Part shown: in pieces, positions 1 to 9,384 of the stretch
Layout: the number at the start of each line of letters is the position of its first letter
Position numbering within the stretch: the first letter of the stretch is position 1
DNA from: a virus
Lineage: Duplodnaviria; Heunggongvirae; Uroviricota; Caudoviricetes
Reading direction: 5' to 3' (one strand)
IMG/VR virus record: IMGVR_UViG_2671180758_000025
Length of the DNA stretch: 39,939 bases
Notes under the pieces: model-generated
What the model was told of the DNA's origin: nothing
Databases searched by the model: none
What the model saw: only the letters and a program-made list of their open reading frames with translations
Program-made: the position numbers and the translations under genes

Positions 1-483
1 ATGACGAAGAAAAAAGCACATAAACCTGGTTCAGCGACCATCGCGCTTAACAAGCGCGCCCGTCACGAATACTTTATCGAAGAAGAGTTCGAAGCGGGAC
101 TTGCCCTGCAAGGCTGGGAGGTTAAATCCCTGCGCGCAGGAAAAGCCAATATCAGCGACAGCTACGTCCTTCTGCGTGACGGAGAGGCATTTCTGTTTGG
201 CGCTAACATCACGCCAATGGCCGTGGCCTCCACGCATGTGGTGTGCGATCCTACCCGTACCCGCAAGTTACTTCTCAACCAACGCGAACTGGACTCATTG
301 TACGGTCGCGTCAATCGAGAAGGCTATACCGTAGTGGCGCTCTCCCTGTACTGGAAAAATGCCTGGTGCAAAGTGAAAATCGGCGTCGCCAAAGGTAAAA
401 AACAGCACGATAAACGTTCAGATATCAAAGAACGCGAATGGCAGGTGGATAAAGCACGTATCATGAAAAACGCCCACCGTTAA
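1..483 (+). CDS. smpB: SsrA-binding protein SmpB
   Basis: 160-aa ORF whose translation I recognise as enterobacterial SmpB; sits immediately upstream of the tmRNA gene as in E. coli. Confidence 0.95.
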
Positions 484-697
484 ACCTGCACTCCAATTAT
501 TGACCAGTTCCTCACCGCGCCTCCCTCTCCGGCGGCGCGAATGAACATCTTATTGGCTATCACATCCGACACAAATGTTGCCATCCCATTGCTTAATCGA
601 ATAAAAATCAGGCTACATGGGTGCTAAATCTTTAACGATAACGCCATTGAGGCTGGTCATGGCGCTCATAAATCTGGTATACTTACCTTTACACATT

Positions 698-1060
698 GGG
701 GCTGATTCTGGATTCGACGGGATTTGCGAAACCCAAGGTGCATGCCGAGGGGCGGTTGGCCTCGTAAAAAGCCGCAAAAAATAGTCGCAAACGACGAAAA
801 CTACGCTTTAGCAGCTTAATAACCTGCTTAGAGCCCTCTCTCCCTAGCCTCCGCTCTTAGGACGGGGATCAAGAGAGGTCAAACCCAAAAGAGATCGCGT
901 GGAAGCCCTGCCTGGGGTTGAAGCGTTAAAACTTAATCAGGCTAGTTTGTTAGTGGCGTGTCCGTCCGCAGCTGGCAAGCGAATGTAAAGACTGACTAAG
1001 CATGTAGTACCGAGGATGTAGGAATTTCGGACGCGGGTTCAACTCCCGCCAGCTCCACCA
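698..1060 (+). ncRNA. ssrA: tmRNA (SsrA), 363 nt
   Basis: Starts GGGGCTGATTCTGGATTCGACGGG and ends ...GGTTCAACTCCCGCCAGCTCCACCA, with the tag-peptide reading frame region in between; matches E. coli ssrA from memory. Confidence 0.95.
1016..1060. repeat. att core, copy 1 (within the 3' end of ssrA)
   Basis: 45 bp ATGTAGGAATTTCGGACGCGGGTTCAACTCCCGCCAGCTCCACCA repeated exactly at 33191-33235. Confidence 0.85.
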
Positions 1061-1070
1061 AATAAATCAA

Positions 1071-1103
1071 GGGGTTACGTGAAAGCGTAGCCCCTTTTTC
1101 TTT
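1071..1103 (+). terminator. Putative intrinsic terminator just after ssrA
   Basis: GGGGTTACG / loop TGAAAG / CGTAGCCCC hairpin (one G-U pair) followed by TTTTTCTTT. Confidence 0.5.
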
Positions 1104-1183
1104 GGTAGTGGCGGCAAAATGGCGACAGACTTTTGCGTCTATCTTGCCTGTCGCCATCTTGAAATCATGCAAAGAGGTTTCAC

Positions 1184-1666
1184 ATGGAAGAACTTCACTT
1201 TGTTTACATCAATGCAAATGGTCGTATCGGTGTTCACTCTATACAGAGCATCAGTTATAGCGAAAATCATATACAGGGCATTTGTAAGAACACCGATCGA
1301 ATAAAAACCTTCCGAAAAGACCGCATTCTTAAACAGTACGATTCACCAGAACAAGCCATTCAGGAATGCGCGTCATTCCTCCCCGAAAACTACTCACATC
1401 TCACTAAGCAGTCTGGTCCGAAAAAAAATACATTCGATGTGTGTTTCACCGGATTTAAGAAAGCAGATAAAGAAAGATTGGTTGATAAGGCGAATGAACA
1501 AGGATTAACGGTAAGAACCTCTGTAACCCAAAGCCTTCAGATGCTCTGTTGCGGTTACAATGCAGGCCCATCAAAAGTATCGGCAGCCAGGATGAAAGGC
1601 ACAATCATCATAGATGAGCCTGGCTTTATACATTTTCTTGAAACGGGTGAGATCCCAGATGAATAA
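1184..1666 (+). CDS. Cargo protein with WYL-like N-terminal and BRCT-like C-terminal region
   Basis: 160-aa ORF with AGAGG upstream of the ATG. N-terminus has a ...GRIGVHSI...KTFRKDRI... pattern like WYL domains; C-terminus (FDVCFTGF...GTIIIDEPGF) resembles the BRCT domain of NAD-dependent ligases. Visibly AT-rich; lies between the att core and ogr. Confidence 0.6.
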   Translation: MEELHFVYINANGRIGVHSIQSISYSENHIQGICKNTDRIKTFRKDRILKQYDSPEQAIQECASFLPENYSHLTKQSGPKKNTFDVCFTGFKKADKERLVDKANEQGLTVRTSVTQSLQMLCCGYNAGPSKVSAARMKGTIIIDEPGFIHFLETGEIPDE

Positions 1667-1694
1667 AAACCTGCCGTAGCAGGTTCTCTTTCTC
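1660..1694. terminator. Putative bidirectional terminator between the cargo gene and ogr
   Basis: AACCTGC / CGTA / GCAGGTT hairpin (1668-1685) flanked by a T-rich tract on each strand (TTTTATTC on the minus strand after the ogr stop). Confidence 0.4.
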
Positions 1695-1911
1695 AAAAAT
1701 TCATATGCCCCTGACCACCTGGCAATGGATGTGGAGGAGCAGTAGCAATCAGTGCGGGTGTCACAATAAACCGGACCACTGTTTCATGGGTAACAAAAGT
1801 GCTCCCGCAGTTAATATTTTGGCACTGGCAGTAACGCTCTTTGGTGCTTTCAGTTACTTGAAAACTGCTCCTTGTGTGTGCCGCATGACCACACTTTGGA
1901 CAATTCATCAT
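1693..1911 (-). CDS. ogr: Late-gene activator Ogr (zinc-finger)
   Basis: Translation MMNCPKCGHAAHTRSSF...ERYCQCQNINCGSTF has the Ogr/Delta Cys4 pattern; start placed at the internal ATGATG preceded by AGGGA. The supplied ORF extends to 1956. Confidence 0.85.
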   Translation of the reverse strand: MMNCPKCGHAAHTRSSFQVTESTKERYCQCQNINCGSTFVTHETVVRFIVTPALIATAPPHPLPGGQGHMNF

Positions 1912-1979
1912 ATCCAGATCCCTACCTTTGCTATCAGAATCATTGTAATGATACACAAAATACCAATATTGAGAACACT

Positions 1980-3080
1980 TTATTCCATTTCAAGATCATC
2001 AATCTTCACTTCGAGTTCAATACTGGTTGTAAAACCGTTATCTGGGCTGACGGTATGTGTCAGAGTCGTAATGGTCCATTCCGCATCATCTATCGGCTGT
2101 TTAAAACCACTGACTTTCACTGGCATTTCCGTGTAGAGATCTGCCCGACCTTCCGCCAGTTGTAGCGATAATGACGCAACGCCGCGTTGCAGGCGTTCCC
2201 ACTGCATTTTCGCTGCCCGTTCAGCGTTGCTCCGGTTGGCATAAGTGCGATTAAGTACCAGCACGTTTTCATCCGTACCCACCAGGTAATCGCCCTGCTT
2301 CGCTTCCGGCTCTTTCTTCTGATTCTTAGTCCTGCGCTTACGCTTCACCGTTGTGCTTTCTTTCTTCGCGGGTTCGCGGGTATGCAACCAACTGGCAATT
2401 ACGCCCGTATAGGCTCCGCGATCTGCCAGGGTAAAGCGGTGACTGTCGCCGTCCTTACGTGTGATAGTGATCACCGGTAGTGGTTTACCGCTGGCACTTT
2501 TACCCTGTCCCTGCCGGATGAATAACAGATTGCCATTTTTCACCGACGCAATAGCACCGTACTGGCGCGCCAGCCGCATCAAAAAACTGCCGTCACTCTC
2601 ATTAGTCTGGTCTATATGCTCCACGGGTTTATCCGACAAGTCTTTAGCCAGTGCCATCTTCAGTTTGTGCCGCGCGGCTATTTCCTTCACCACTTCCCCG
2701 ACCGTGGTCTTGTGCCACGACTTTTCACGGCGGGTATTCAGCGTTTCCCGAAAATCAGCACTTCGCGCCCGGATAGTCAGGCGGTCCGGTGCGCCAGTGT
2801 GTTCAATCTCGTCCACCGTGAATGCCCCTTTCGGGAAAAGCGGCTGCCCCTTCCAGCCCAGCGCCAGCGTAATGACCGCACCACGGCGCGGCAGCACGAT
2901 TTTTCCGTCAGCGTCGTCCAGCTCCAGATCAAGCTGGTCCGCTTCAAAGCCCCGGTTATCCGTCAGCGTAAGCCCCATCAGGCGGTTATCCAGCACAGTA
3001 GTGATATCCCTGCCCTCAATACTGATGCTGAATGCGGGAGTTTTGTTGCCCTTGTTAAGCAGTTCAGAGCTGAAATTCAC
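1980..3080 (-). CDS. D: Tail protein D (P2 gpD homolog)
   Basis: 366-aa ORF at the end of the tail operon, overlapping the upstream U gene by 4 nt; translation recognised as gpD family. Confidence 0.9.
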   Translation of the reverse strand: MNFSSELLNKGNKTPAFSISIEGRDITTVLDNRLMGLTLTDNRGFEADQLDLELDDADGKIVLPRRGAVITLALGWKGQPLFPKGAFTVDEIEHTGAPDRLTIRARSADFRETLNTRREKSWHKTTVGEVVKEIAARHKLKMALAKDLSDKPVEHIDQTNESDGSFLMRLARQYGAIASVKNGNLLFIRQGQGKSASGKPLPVITITRKDGDSHRFTLADRGAYTGVIASWLHTREPAKKESTTVKRKRRTKNQKKEPEAKQGDYLVGTDENVLVLNRTYANRSNAERAAKMQWERLQRGVASLSLQLAEGRADLYTEMPVKVSGFKQPIDDAEWTITTLTHTVSPDNGFTTSIELEVKIDDLEME

Positions 3081-3562
3081 GACAGCAGCCCTCCCACCGT
3101 TTTACTGATATCGCTTAAAGCAGATGTTGCCGTTTCCTGCAGATTATTCAGTTGCGCACTGAGATCACCGAACATATCGGACAGGGATTCATCCACTCGT
3201 TTGAGCGACAGGGTGAACTCAATCCGGCGCGGCATACCGTCGCGGAAAAACTCCGTTTTAGTCTGATTCAGTCCCTCAATCACATACATGCCGTAAATCG
3301 TGCCGCTGCCTTCAATCAGGGGCCATGCTTTCCCCTGTTCTGCCATCTGCTCCAGTGCCAGCAACGACAGCCTGCCGCCTGTTATCTCCGGCATAAGAAC
3401 GCCAGAAAGCGTCAGCATGTCGTTATCCGGTCCCAGAAACTGCGTTGACGGGCGTCGGTTAACCCGGCTGTTTGCCGCATGTCGCCAGCTGCGTTGATAC
3501 TGCAGTTCCTGATACGGAACGGTGCGCAGCATAAACACGTACAATCCCAGCACCATCATCAT
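3077..3562 (-). CDS. U: Tail protein U (P2 gpU homolog)
   Basis: 161-aa ORF between T and D with 4-nt overlaps on both sides. Confidence 0.88.
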   Translation of the reverse strand: MMMVLGLYVFMLRTVPYQELQYQRSWRHAANSRVNRRPSTQFLGPDNDMLTLSGVLMPEITGGRLSLLALEQMAEQGKAWPLIEGSGTIYGMYVIEGLNQTKTEFFRDGMPRRIEFTLSLKRVDESLSDMFGDLSAQLNNLQETATSALSDISKTVGGLLS

Positions 3563-6500
3563 GCGTCGTATCCCCCCTGATCGCTGTAGTTACTCCTGGC
3601 TTTTGCCTTCAGCCTGCGTTCACGTTCATCAAGCTGGCGTGCCACCTCCCGCGCAATATCCTGCGCACTTTGTCCTGGCTGCGTCTGAATGATGATCTGC
3701 GTCGGTGCCTCAATCCGTTGAACGAGCGGCACAGTGGCTGCGCGACTCACAATTGCTTCTCCACCTTTCGCGGGAAGTGCCAAAGGGTGCAACGGTGGAA
3801 GCTCTGCTGGCGCGGCAGCAACGCCCATCATTCCGGCAACAACGGCAGCCAGTGCAGCTGTATTTCTCCGGCTGGTCACATTTGCCGGGCCGTTAACAAT
3901 TTCCGGCCCGTTTTCACCGACGATGCCAAACTGCCCGCGCGGGATATACCCGCCGCTGTCATACAACCCCGCAAAGCCATATCCCCATGACGGAAAACCA
4001 CCCGATGTCATCATCACTTTACCGTCTGCATTCACCGTCGCAGGTTGCTGACGCGTCACGCTTTCCGGCAGTTTTGCCTTTGCGGCTTCTTTACTGACAA
4101 TGCCGAGTTTTTCCAGCAACCAGGATACGCCGGATTTGAGGGAGTCCAGCGGATGCATAACCATATTCAGCCCTTCCGCCAGCGCCTCCCCGAATCGTCG
4201 CCCCATTTCCGCTGCGCTCTGCAGTTCGGCAGAAGTCGACTTAACGGGTGTCAGCAGATCAGTAAACCAGCCCCACAACGCCTGCACTTTATCACCAATC
4301 CACTGGAACACAGGCTTAAGTGGTTCGAACGCGGCACTGACGGGACCTGCCGCTGCTTTGAATCCCTCCACCACACCACCGAGAAACGCGGTGATGGGTT
4401 GCCAGTATTTCCAGACAACCAGCGCCACACCCGCCAGTGCAGTAACCACAAGACCTATCGGACTGAGCAGAGCACCTAACAGACCAGACACGGCATACAG
4501 GGCAACGCGCAGCATCACCAGCGGACCGGATGCCAGTACTCGTAGCACCGCGCCTGCGGCAGTCAGCCCGCCGCGTAGTGCTGCCAGTGGATTCATAAAC
4601 ATCACAGCAACAGCACGTAAACCGGATAATCCAGACCGCAAAAGTGCAACCGGCGCACCTGCTACAGTTTTCAGGACATTTCCCGTCAGTGATGCCGTGC
4701 GGCGCAAAGACGACAACGGCGCAGTAAGTAAACCCGCTGCGCTGCCCGTTGAAGCAAGCCCGCGTCGCTGCAGTGCAAGTGGTGCGCCAGCCAGCCAGGA
4801 CAACGCGCTGCTGGTTCGTGTTACTGCTGCCGTAACGGAAGGTAACGTTTTGATACCCAGCACAGAGAATCCCAGACGGATCACTGCCAGCGGCCCCAGC
4901 ACTGCAGCCAGCGCCACCGCTAAGGTGCCGAGGCCTACGGTAACCGCAGCCACCACAGCGGCTACTTTCATCAGTGTGCCTGTCAGTTCCGGGTTAGCTT
5001 CCACCCAGCGGCGCAACGCCCCCGTGATGCTTTTCACCGTGTACAGAATATCCATCAGCGGCTGGCGCAGCGTTTCGCCCAGGCTGCTGAAGGTGTTCTG
5101 CGCTCCGGTTTTGACCAGCAACCACTGAGCAGAAAGTGAGTCTTTGTTGATGTCGGATTCTTTCTGCATGGAACCGAGCGCATCATTGCCCGCAGTCAGT
5201 TTTAGCTGGCGCTGCAGTTCCGGCAGGTTGTTTGCCAGTTTCGCCGCGTCATCGCCAAACTCTTTACCAAACAACATGGTCATGGCAGACAGGCGCTTAT
5301 CCTGCGGCAGTGCGTTCACCTTCTCCAGCACACGCTGGATAGTTCCCATCGCATCCTTCGTCATCTGCTTTTCAATCACTTCAGGATTGAGCTTCAGCAG
5401 ATTCATTCCTTCAAAGAAACTCTTGCTTTGCATGGTGGCAATGGACAATTCACGCACCATCGCGTTTGCTGCACTGGCTGCAACCTCTGGCGCAGCACCC
5501 AGTGTCAGGAAGGTGGAACCCAGCGCCGCCGCTTTACGATAATCCAGACGGTCAGCCACACCGCCCAGGCGTTGCATGACATCAATGATGTCCGCCCCTT
5601 TCGACATGGCGTTATCATCCAGATAGTTCAGCGCATCACCGAGCTGTTCAATATTGCGGGTAGGTATTTTGTAGAGCTGGGCGATTTTCCCCAGACTTTC
5701 TGACAGTTCATCCGCTGGCAGCTCAAAGGCTGTTGCCGCCTTTGCCGCCGTGCTGGCGAAGGCCAGCAGGTCACGTTTCTGGTCTTCCCAGCTGTCGTCA
5801 GGGTTTGCGACGTTCATGCGCGCCCCACCTTCAACCAGTGCGGCGAAGTCCACAGCACCGTTTTCCATCGGCAACTGTTCGCTGGCAGCCTTGATGGCAT
5901 CCTGCATTTCATAAAAACGCGCAGTGCGATTGCCATTATCGTCACGCAGACCATTGACCTGCTTTGCCACACCTTTCATGGCATCTTCCATGTTGGTATA
6001 GCTTTTTACTGCCGCCATCACTGGTGCGCCCATTGCCAGCCCTGCAGCCGTGGTGGTGGCTCCGGCACCTGCAATCCGATCCCTTACTTCAAGACGCCTG
6101 GCGTAAGCCCCCCGGGCGGCGTGCATTTTTCGCTGTTGCTCCCCGACACGTCGTAACCTCGCTTCCTGCTCAGAAAGCTGCCTGTTATAACGCATCGTTT
6201 CACGGGTAATGCGGGCCGTCGCACTGGCGCCATCATTAGCTGAAATACCAGCACGATAAAGTTCTGCACGCACAAGCGCCGTCTGCTGCTGCAGCTTTTT
6301 CTGGCGTTCTTCCAGGCGCTGAACAGCCAGCCGTTGACGGCCCATAGCAACAACCTGACGTTGCGAAGGCGGCCCCATCGCTCCCAGTTCCTGACTGAGC
6401 AAATTTGCACGCTGGCGGGCATAGTTCAGCCTGTCGCCTAATTTCTGATTTTCTGCCTGCAGCTTTCGGAAGCTGTCCAGACTGCTCCCGGCCTGATCAA

Positions 6501-6636
6501 GCTGCTTTATTGCATCGCGGGATTTTTTGACAGCAGCAGCCAGTTCTCTTGAACTGGCCTGCGCAGATCGAAATGGGCGGGTGAGCTTGTCAACCGCATT
6601 AAGAATGACCTGCAGACGCAGGTTGTTATCACTCAT
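3559..6636 (-). CDS. T: Tail tape measure protein (P2 gpT homolog)
   Basis: 1025-aa ORF with coiled-coil N-terminal half and Ala/Gly-rich hydrophobic central region; located after the E/E' chaperone pair. Confidence 0.9.
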   Translation of the reverse strand: MSDNNLRLQVILNAVDKLTRPFRSAQASSRELAAAVKKSRDAIKQLDQAGSSLDSFRKLQAENQKLGDRLNYARQRANLLSQELGAMGPPSQRQVVAMGRQRLAVQRLEERQKKLQQQTALVRAELYRAGISANDGASATARITRETMRYNRQLSEQEARLRRVGEQQRKMHAARGAYARRLEVRDRIAGAGATTTAAGLAMGAPVMAAVKSYTNMEDAMKGVAKQVNGLRDDNGNRTARFYEMQDAIKAASEQLPMENGAVDFAALVEGGARMNVANPDDSWEDQKRDLLAFASTAAKAATAFELPADELSESLGKIAQLYKIPTRNIEQLGDALNYLDDNAMSKGADIIDVMQRLGGVADRLDYRKAAALGSTFLTLGAAPEVAASAANAMVRELSIATMQSKSFFEGMNLLKLNPEVIEKQMTKDAMGTIQRVLEKVNALPQDKRLSAMTMLFGKEFGDDAAKLANNLPELQRQLKLTAGNDALGSMQKESDINKDSLSAQWLLVKTGAQNTFSSLGETLRQPLMDILYTVKSITGALRRWVEANPELTGTLMKVAAVVAAVTVGLGTLAVALAAVLGPLAVIRLGFSVLGIKTLPSVTAAVTRTSSALSWLAGAPLALQRRGLASTGSAAGLLTAPLSSLRRTASLTGNVLKTVAGAPVALLRSGLSGLRAVAVMFMNPLAALRGGLTAAGAVLRVLASGPLVMLRVALYAVSGLLGALLSPIGLVVTALAGVALVVWKYWQPITAFLGGVVEGFKAAAGPVSAAFEPLKPVFQWIGDKVQALWGWFTDLLTPVKSTSAELQSAAEMGRRFGEALAEGLNMVMHPLDSLKSGVSWLLEKLGIVSKEAAKAKLPESVTRQQPATVNADGKVMMTSGGFPSWGYGFAGLYDSGGYIPRGQFGIVGENGPEIVNGPANVTSRRNTAALAAVVAGMMGVAAAPAELPPLHPLALPAKGGEAIVSRAATVPLVQRIEAPTQIIIQTQPGQSAQDIAREVARQLDERERRLKAKARSNYSDQGGYDA

Positions 6637-7065
6637 CGTTGGCCCCGCTTCTCTGAATCGCTTTATACCGCCATTCCAGCACTTCGGTCAGCGGCATAAC
6701 GTCAGTAACGGATGGCGGCCAGTGAAAAATGGTGGCGATATCTGCCACCAGATCGTCAACCGTCAGGCTGTCGGTAAACCGGCAAGCACCGACTTCTTCA
6801 ACAAAAAAGTGACAACCTCAACCGACATGGCAGTGAGATCTGCCGGGTCCATCTCTGCAATTTCCTGTGCAGTCAGTGCCGGACTGGAGATGCGGGGGAT
6901 CACGGTCATCATCGCGTTTACATCCATATCCATAATGGCCTGCAGGCGTGTACCGCGCAGCGCACCGGACTGCGGTTTACGCAGCACAATTTCGGTGATT
7001 TCTGTTTTACCGCGCTTGATGGGGGTATCCAGTTGAATGGTCTTTTCAGTCTGCTTATCGCTCAT
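6629..7065 (-). CDS. E+E' tail chaperone made by programmed -1 frameshift (slip at 6808-6802)
   Basis: After a -1 slip at TTTTTTG the -1 frame stays open for 59 codons and stops at TGA 6631-6629, overlapping the T start codon (6636-6634). Total span 437 nt, i.e. 3n-1. Confidence 0.75.
6763..7065 (-). CDS. E: Tail assembly chaperone E (P2 gpE homolog)
   Basis: 100-aa ORF containing the slippery heptamer T-TTT-TTG near its 3' end. Confidence 0.88.
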   Translation of the reverse strand: MSDKQTEKTIQLDTPIKRGKTEITEIVLRKPQSGALRGTRLQAIMDMDVNAMMTVIPRISSPALTAQEIAEMDPADLTAMSVEVVTFLLKKSVLAGLPTA

Positions 7066-7119
7066 TTTGCTGTCCTGTCAATTGGGTTCTGGCGCGGTAT
7101 TCCGCGCCGTTCAGATATA

Positions 7120-7635
7120 TCAGAGGCCGAGGGCGTTGCGGTGCGCTTCCATCAGGTCCACACCGTCCACAATTTCCACCATGTTGATAAGGTCCACTTC
7201 ATAGAGCACCTCACCATTGATGGTCAGCTTCGCGTAGCTGTTGGTACTGGTCACTTTGGTGGTGTTGCTTTCGCCCGTCTTCCACTCGCCGGAATCCACT
7301 TCTTTGTGACGTCCACGCACGACAAGCTCCACGGCCTGCACTTCCCCGGTATCGTCACGCTGAATAGAGCCAGTAAAGCGCAGCTGGATGCCATCCACCG
7401 TGGCTTTACCCATCTGTTTAAACAGCAGCAATTCAGTACCACCAATGGAAAATTCTGTGTCCAGCGCACTGTCATCAAGCCCCAGATCCACATCCACCGC
7501 ACCCGGCATTCCGCCGCCGCGATACTTCTCATATTTGCGGGTAAATTTCGGCAGCGTCAGCGACTCAACGATCCCCTGCCAGTTGTTCCCGTCGTTAAAC
7601 AGGTTCAGGTGTTTTAATTTGCGTGGTAAAGCCAT
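7120..7635 (-). CDS. FII: Tail tube protein (P2 gpFII homolog)
   Basis: 171-aa ORF directly downstream of the sheath gene; translation recognised as FII family. Confidence 0.9.
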   Translation of the reverse strand: MALPRKLKHLNLFNDGNNWQGIVESLTLPKFTRKYEKYRGGGMPGAVDVDLGLDDSALDTEFSIGGTELLLFKQMGKATVDGIQLRFTGSIQRDDTGEVQAVELVVRGRHKEVDSGEWKTGESNTTKVTSTNSYAKLTINGEVLYEVDLINMVEIVDGVDLMEAHRNALGL

Positions 7636-7644
7636 GTTGTCCCC

Positions 7645-8817
7645 TTACGCGCTGACCTGGCTGGCGAAATTCACCAGGTACTGATCGGTGATGCGCTGAC
7701 GCAGCATCAGGTTTTCAAGTGGCGGCACTGGCGTGTAGTCGTAGTCGATGGTGAGTTTTCCGGCTTTCAGCGTGTCTTTGTCGTTCACCGACTCATCCAG
7801 CCAGCAATCACCACCAATGAGATAGCCCTGACTGACCAGGCTGCGCATTTTGGCGCGGATACCTTCGATAATGTCGCGGGCCAGCGACGGGTTAAGCGGT
7901 TTATCCACCGCCCACATGTGTGCTTCTGCCATCGTGTCCATCAGCACCTGCGCCGTGCGGGTGTAGTTTTCGAAGGCAAAGAGCGGGTCATCACTCAGGC
8001 AGCGGGAACCCCAGAAGCGGAAACCGTCTTTACGCACAAGCGTGGTGACGTCGTTCTGGTTCAGCAGACCTGCATCGGTTGCCGGGTCCTGCAGATCCCA
8101 GAACACATCTGCAGAAATTCCGGTGACACCGTTCACGCCCACGTTGGACAGGCTTTTGTGCCATCCGGTCTGCTCGTCAATTTTGGCGCGCAGACCAAGC
8201 GCACGGGCGGTGGCATATGCCGTTGCTTCGGCATTCAGCACCGTGTCCCAGCCAGTAAAGTCAGGCCAGATCAGCATCCCTTCGCGCTGGCTGAAGTTTT
8301 CGCGGTAAGTGATCGCCTCCTGCACTGTCTTGCAGCCATACGCTGACAGGTAAGCAAATCCACGCAGGCTTTGCGCCACGCTCAGCAACTCAGTAGCTAC
8401 CGCCTTGGTGTCGTGGCCTGGCACGCCGAGAATGCGCGGTTTAACGCCGAGCTGTGACTGGGCAGATAACAGGGCTTTCATACCTGTTTTTTTACCTTCA
8501 GCAGTCACTGCGCCGATGATATTGGTCGTGGTTTCGTCTTCCGTTTCACCCTGCGGCACACGCACAACAATGGTCACGGGTTTTGCCTGGTCAGCGATGG
8601 CATCCAGCGAACGGGCCAGAGTACCGGACTCACCCGCTTTACCGCTGGCAGTCAGCACATCAGTGATCAGCACTGGTTTATTAAGAGGAAACATTTTTGC
8701 ATCGGCATCATCGCCCGTGCAGACCATACCCACGATGGCGGTGCTCACCGTGGTAATGGATCGGGTGCCTTCGTTGACTTCAACAACGCGCACCCCGTGG
8801 TGGTAATCCTGAGCCAT
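7645..8817 (-). CDS. FI: Tail sheath protein (P2 gpFI homolog)
   Basis: 390-aa ORF; translation recognised as contractile sheath; first gene after a TGT-N12-ACA box. Confidence 0.92.
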   Translation of the reverse strand: MAQDYHHGVRVVEVNEGTRSITTVSTAIVGMVCTGDDADAKMFPLNKPVLITDVLTASGKAGESGTLARSLDAIADQAKPVTIVVRVPQGETEDETTTNIIGAVTAEGKKTGMKALLSAQSQLGVKPRILGVPGHDTKAVATELLSVAQSLRGFAYLSAYGCKTVQEAITYRENFSQREGMLIWPDFTGWDTVLNAEATAYATARALGLRAKIDEQTGWHKSLSNVGVNGVTGISADVFWDLQDPATDAGLLNQNDVTTLVRKDGFRFWGSRCLSDDPLFAFENYTRTAQVLMDTMAEAHMWAVDKPLNPSLARDIIEGIRAKMRSLVSQGYLIGGDCWLDESVNDKDTLKAGKLTIDYDYTPVPPLENLMLRQRITDQYLVNFASQVSA

Positions 8818-8892
8818 AAGGCAGTCTCTCCGGTAGTAGAGGGGGTCTGCCTATGTTCTGGTTGATACGAGCAGGATGCACGTTATGTGGTT

Positions 8893-8910
8893 TGTATGAA
8901 AAATGGCACA
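8893..8910. promoter_or_regulatory. Ogr-type activator box (TGT-N12-ACA) of the F operon late promoter
   Basis: TGTATGAAAAATGGCACA, centred about 85 bp upstream of the FI start codon. Confidence 0.55.
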
Positions 8911-8949
8911 ACGGCGGATACAGGAATCCCCGCAGACGCGGGGATGTAT

Positions 8950-9384
8950 TCAGACTTCTGGTGATAAAGGCCAGACTATATCCGGGGCATCACTTACATT
9001 AATATTTTCAAGTAACTCAAGATAATCCAGCATCGCATTAAATCTGGTTGTCTCCATTTCGTTCAGCCTGCCAAGCTGTAATTTTGATGGCCATTGTTTT
9101 TCATTAATCAGGTTGTTAGCCTCATTAATGCGCATCTGTTTCATCATTTCTGCCTGTTCCACCTGTTCCTCATGGGTCAATGGTGGACGTTCTTCCCATG
9201 ATGGCTGGTTATCAGTGCCTGCAACCATTTTGTACCCTTCCCGATAACCAAGATAAAACTCCTGATAGACTGCATCACTTACCTCAATACAGTCATCCGG
9301 CCACGCATCGAGAGCATCGTAATAATCAGATTTCAGTTCACTGTTATAAAATGCATTTCTTGATGGACTGTAAAAATAACTCAT
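8950..9384 (-). CDS. Tail fibre assembly protein (Tfa family)
   Basis: C-terminus ...NVSDAPDIVWPLSPEV matches the Tfa C-terminal motif. Start placed at the ATG that overlaps the tail-fibre stop (ATGA); the supplied ORF extends to 9417. Confidence 0.75.
   Translation of the reverse strand: MSYFYSPSRNAFYNSELKSDYYDALDAWPDDCIEVSDAVYQEFYLGYREGYKMVAGTDNQPSWEERPPLTHEEQVEQAEMMKQMRINEANNLINEKQWPSKLQLGRLNEMETTRFNAMLDYLELLENINVSDAPDIVWPLSPEV

Noticed and set aside
1119-1304. 61-aa ORF overlapping the start of the att-proximal cargo gene
   Set aside because: Out of frame with the better-supported 160-aa ORF, which has a proper ribosome-binding site; its ATG lies inside the inverted repeat.
2461-3266. 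Plus-strand ORFs of 215 and 216 aa
   Set aside because: Antisense to D and U, low-complexity, no ribosome-binding sites.
4100-5128. 342-aa plus-strand ORF (and other long plus-strand ORFs between 3670 and 6209)
   Set aside because: Antisense to the well-supported tape-measure gene; Pro/Ser/Ala/Arg-rich low-complexity translation typical of GC-rich antisense frames.
8924-8943. Hairpin TCCCCGC-AGAC-GCGGGGA after the tail-fibre assembly gene as a terminator
   Set aside because: No U-tract follows on either strand; likely just a structured element near the F promoter.
8818-8949. Possible cargo hotspot between the tail-fibre assembly gene and FI (the Z/fun position in P2)
   Set aside because: Only 132 bp of intergenic sequence here, containing the late-promoter box and no ORF.
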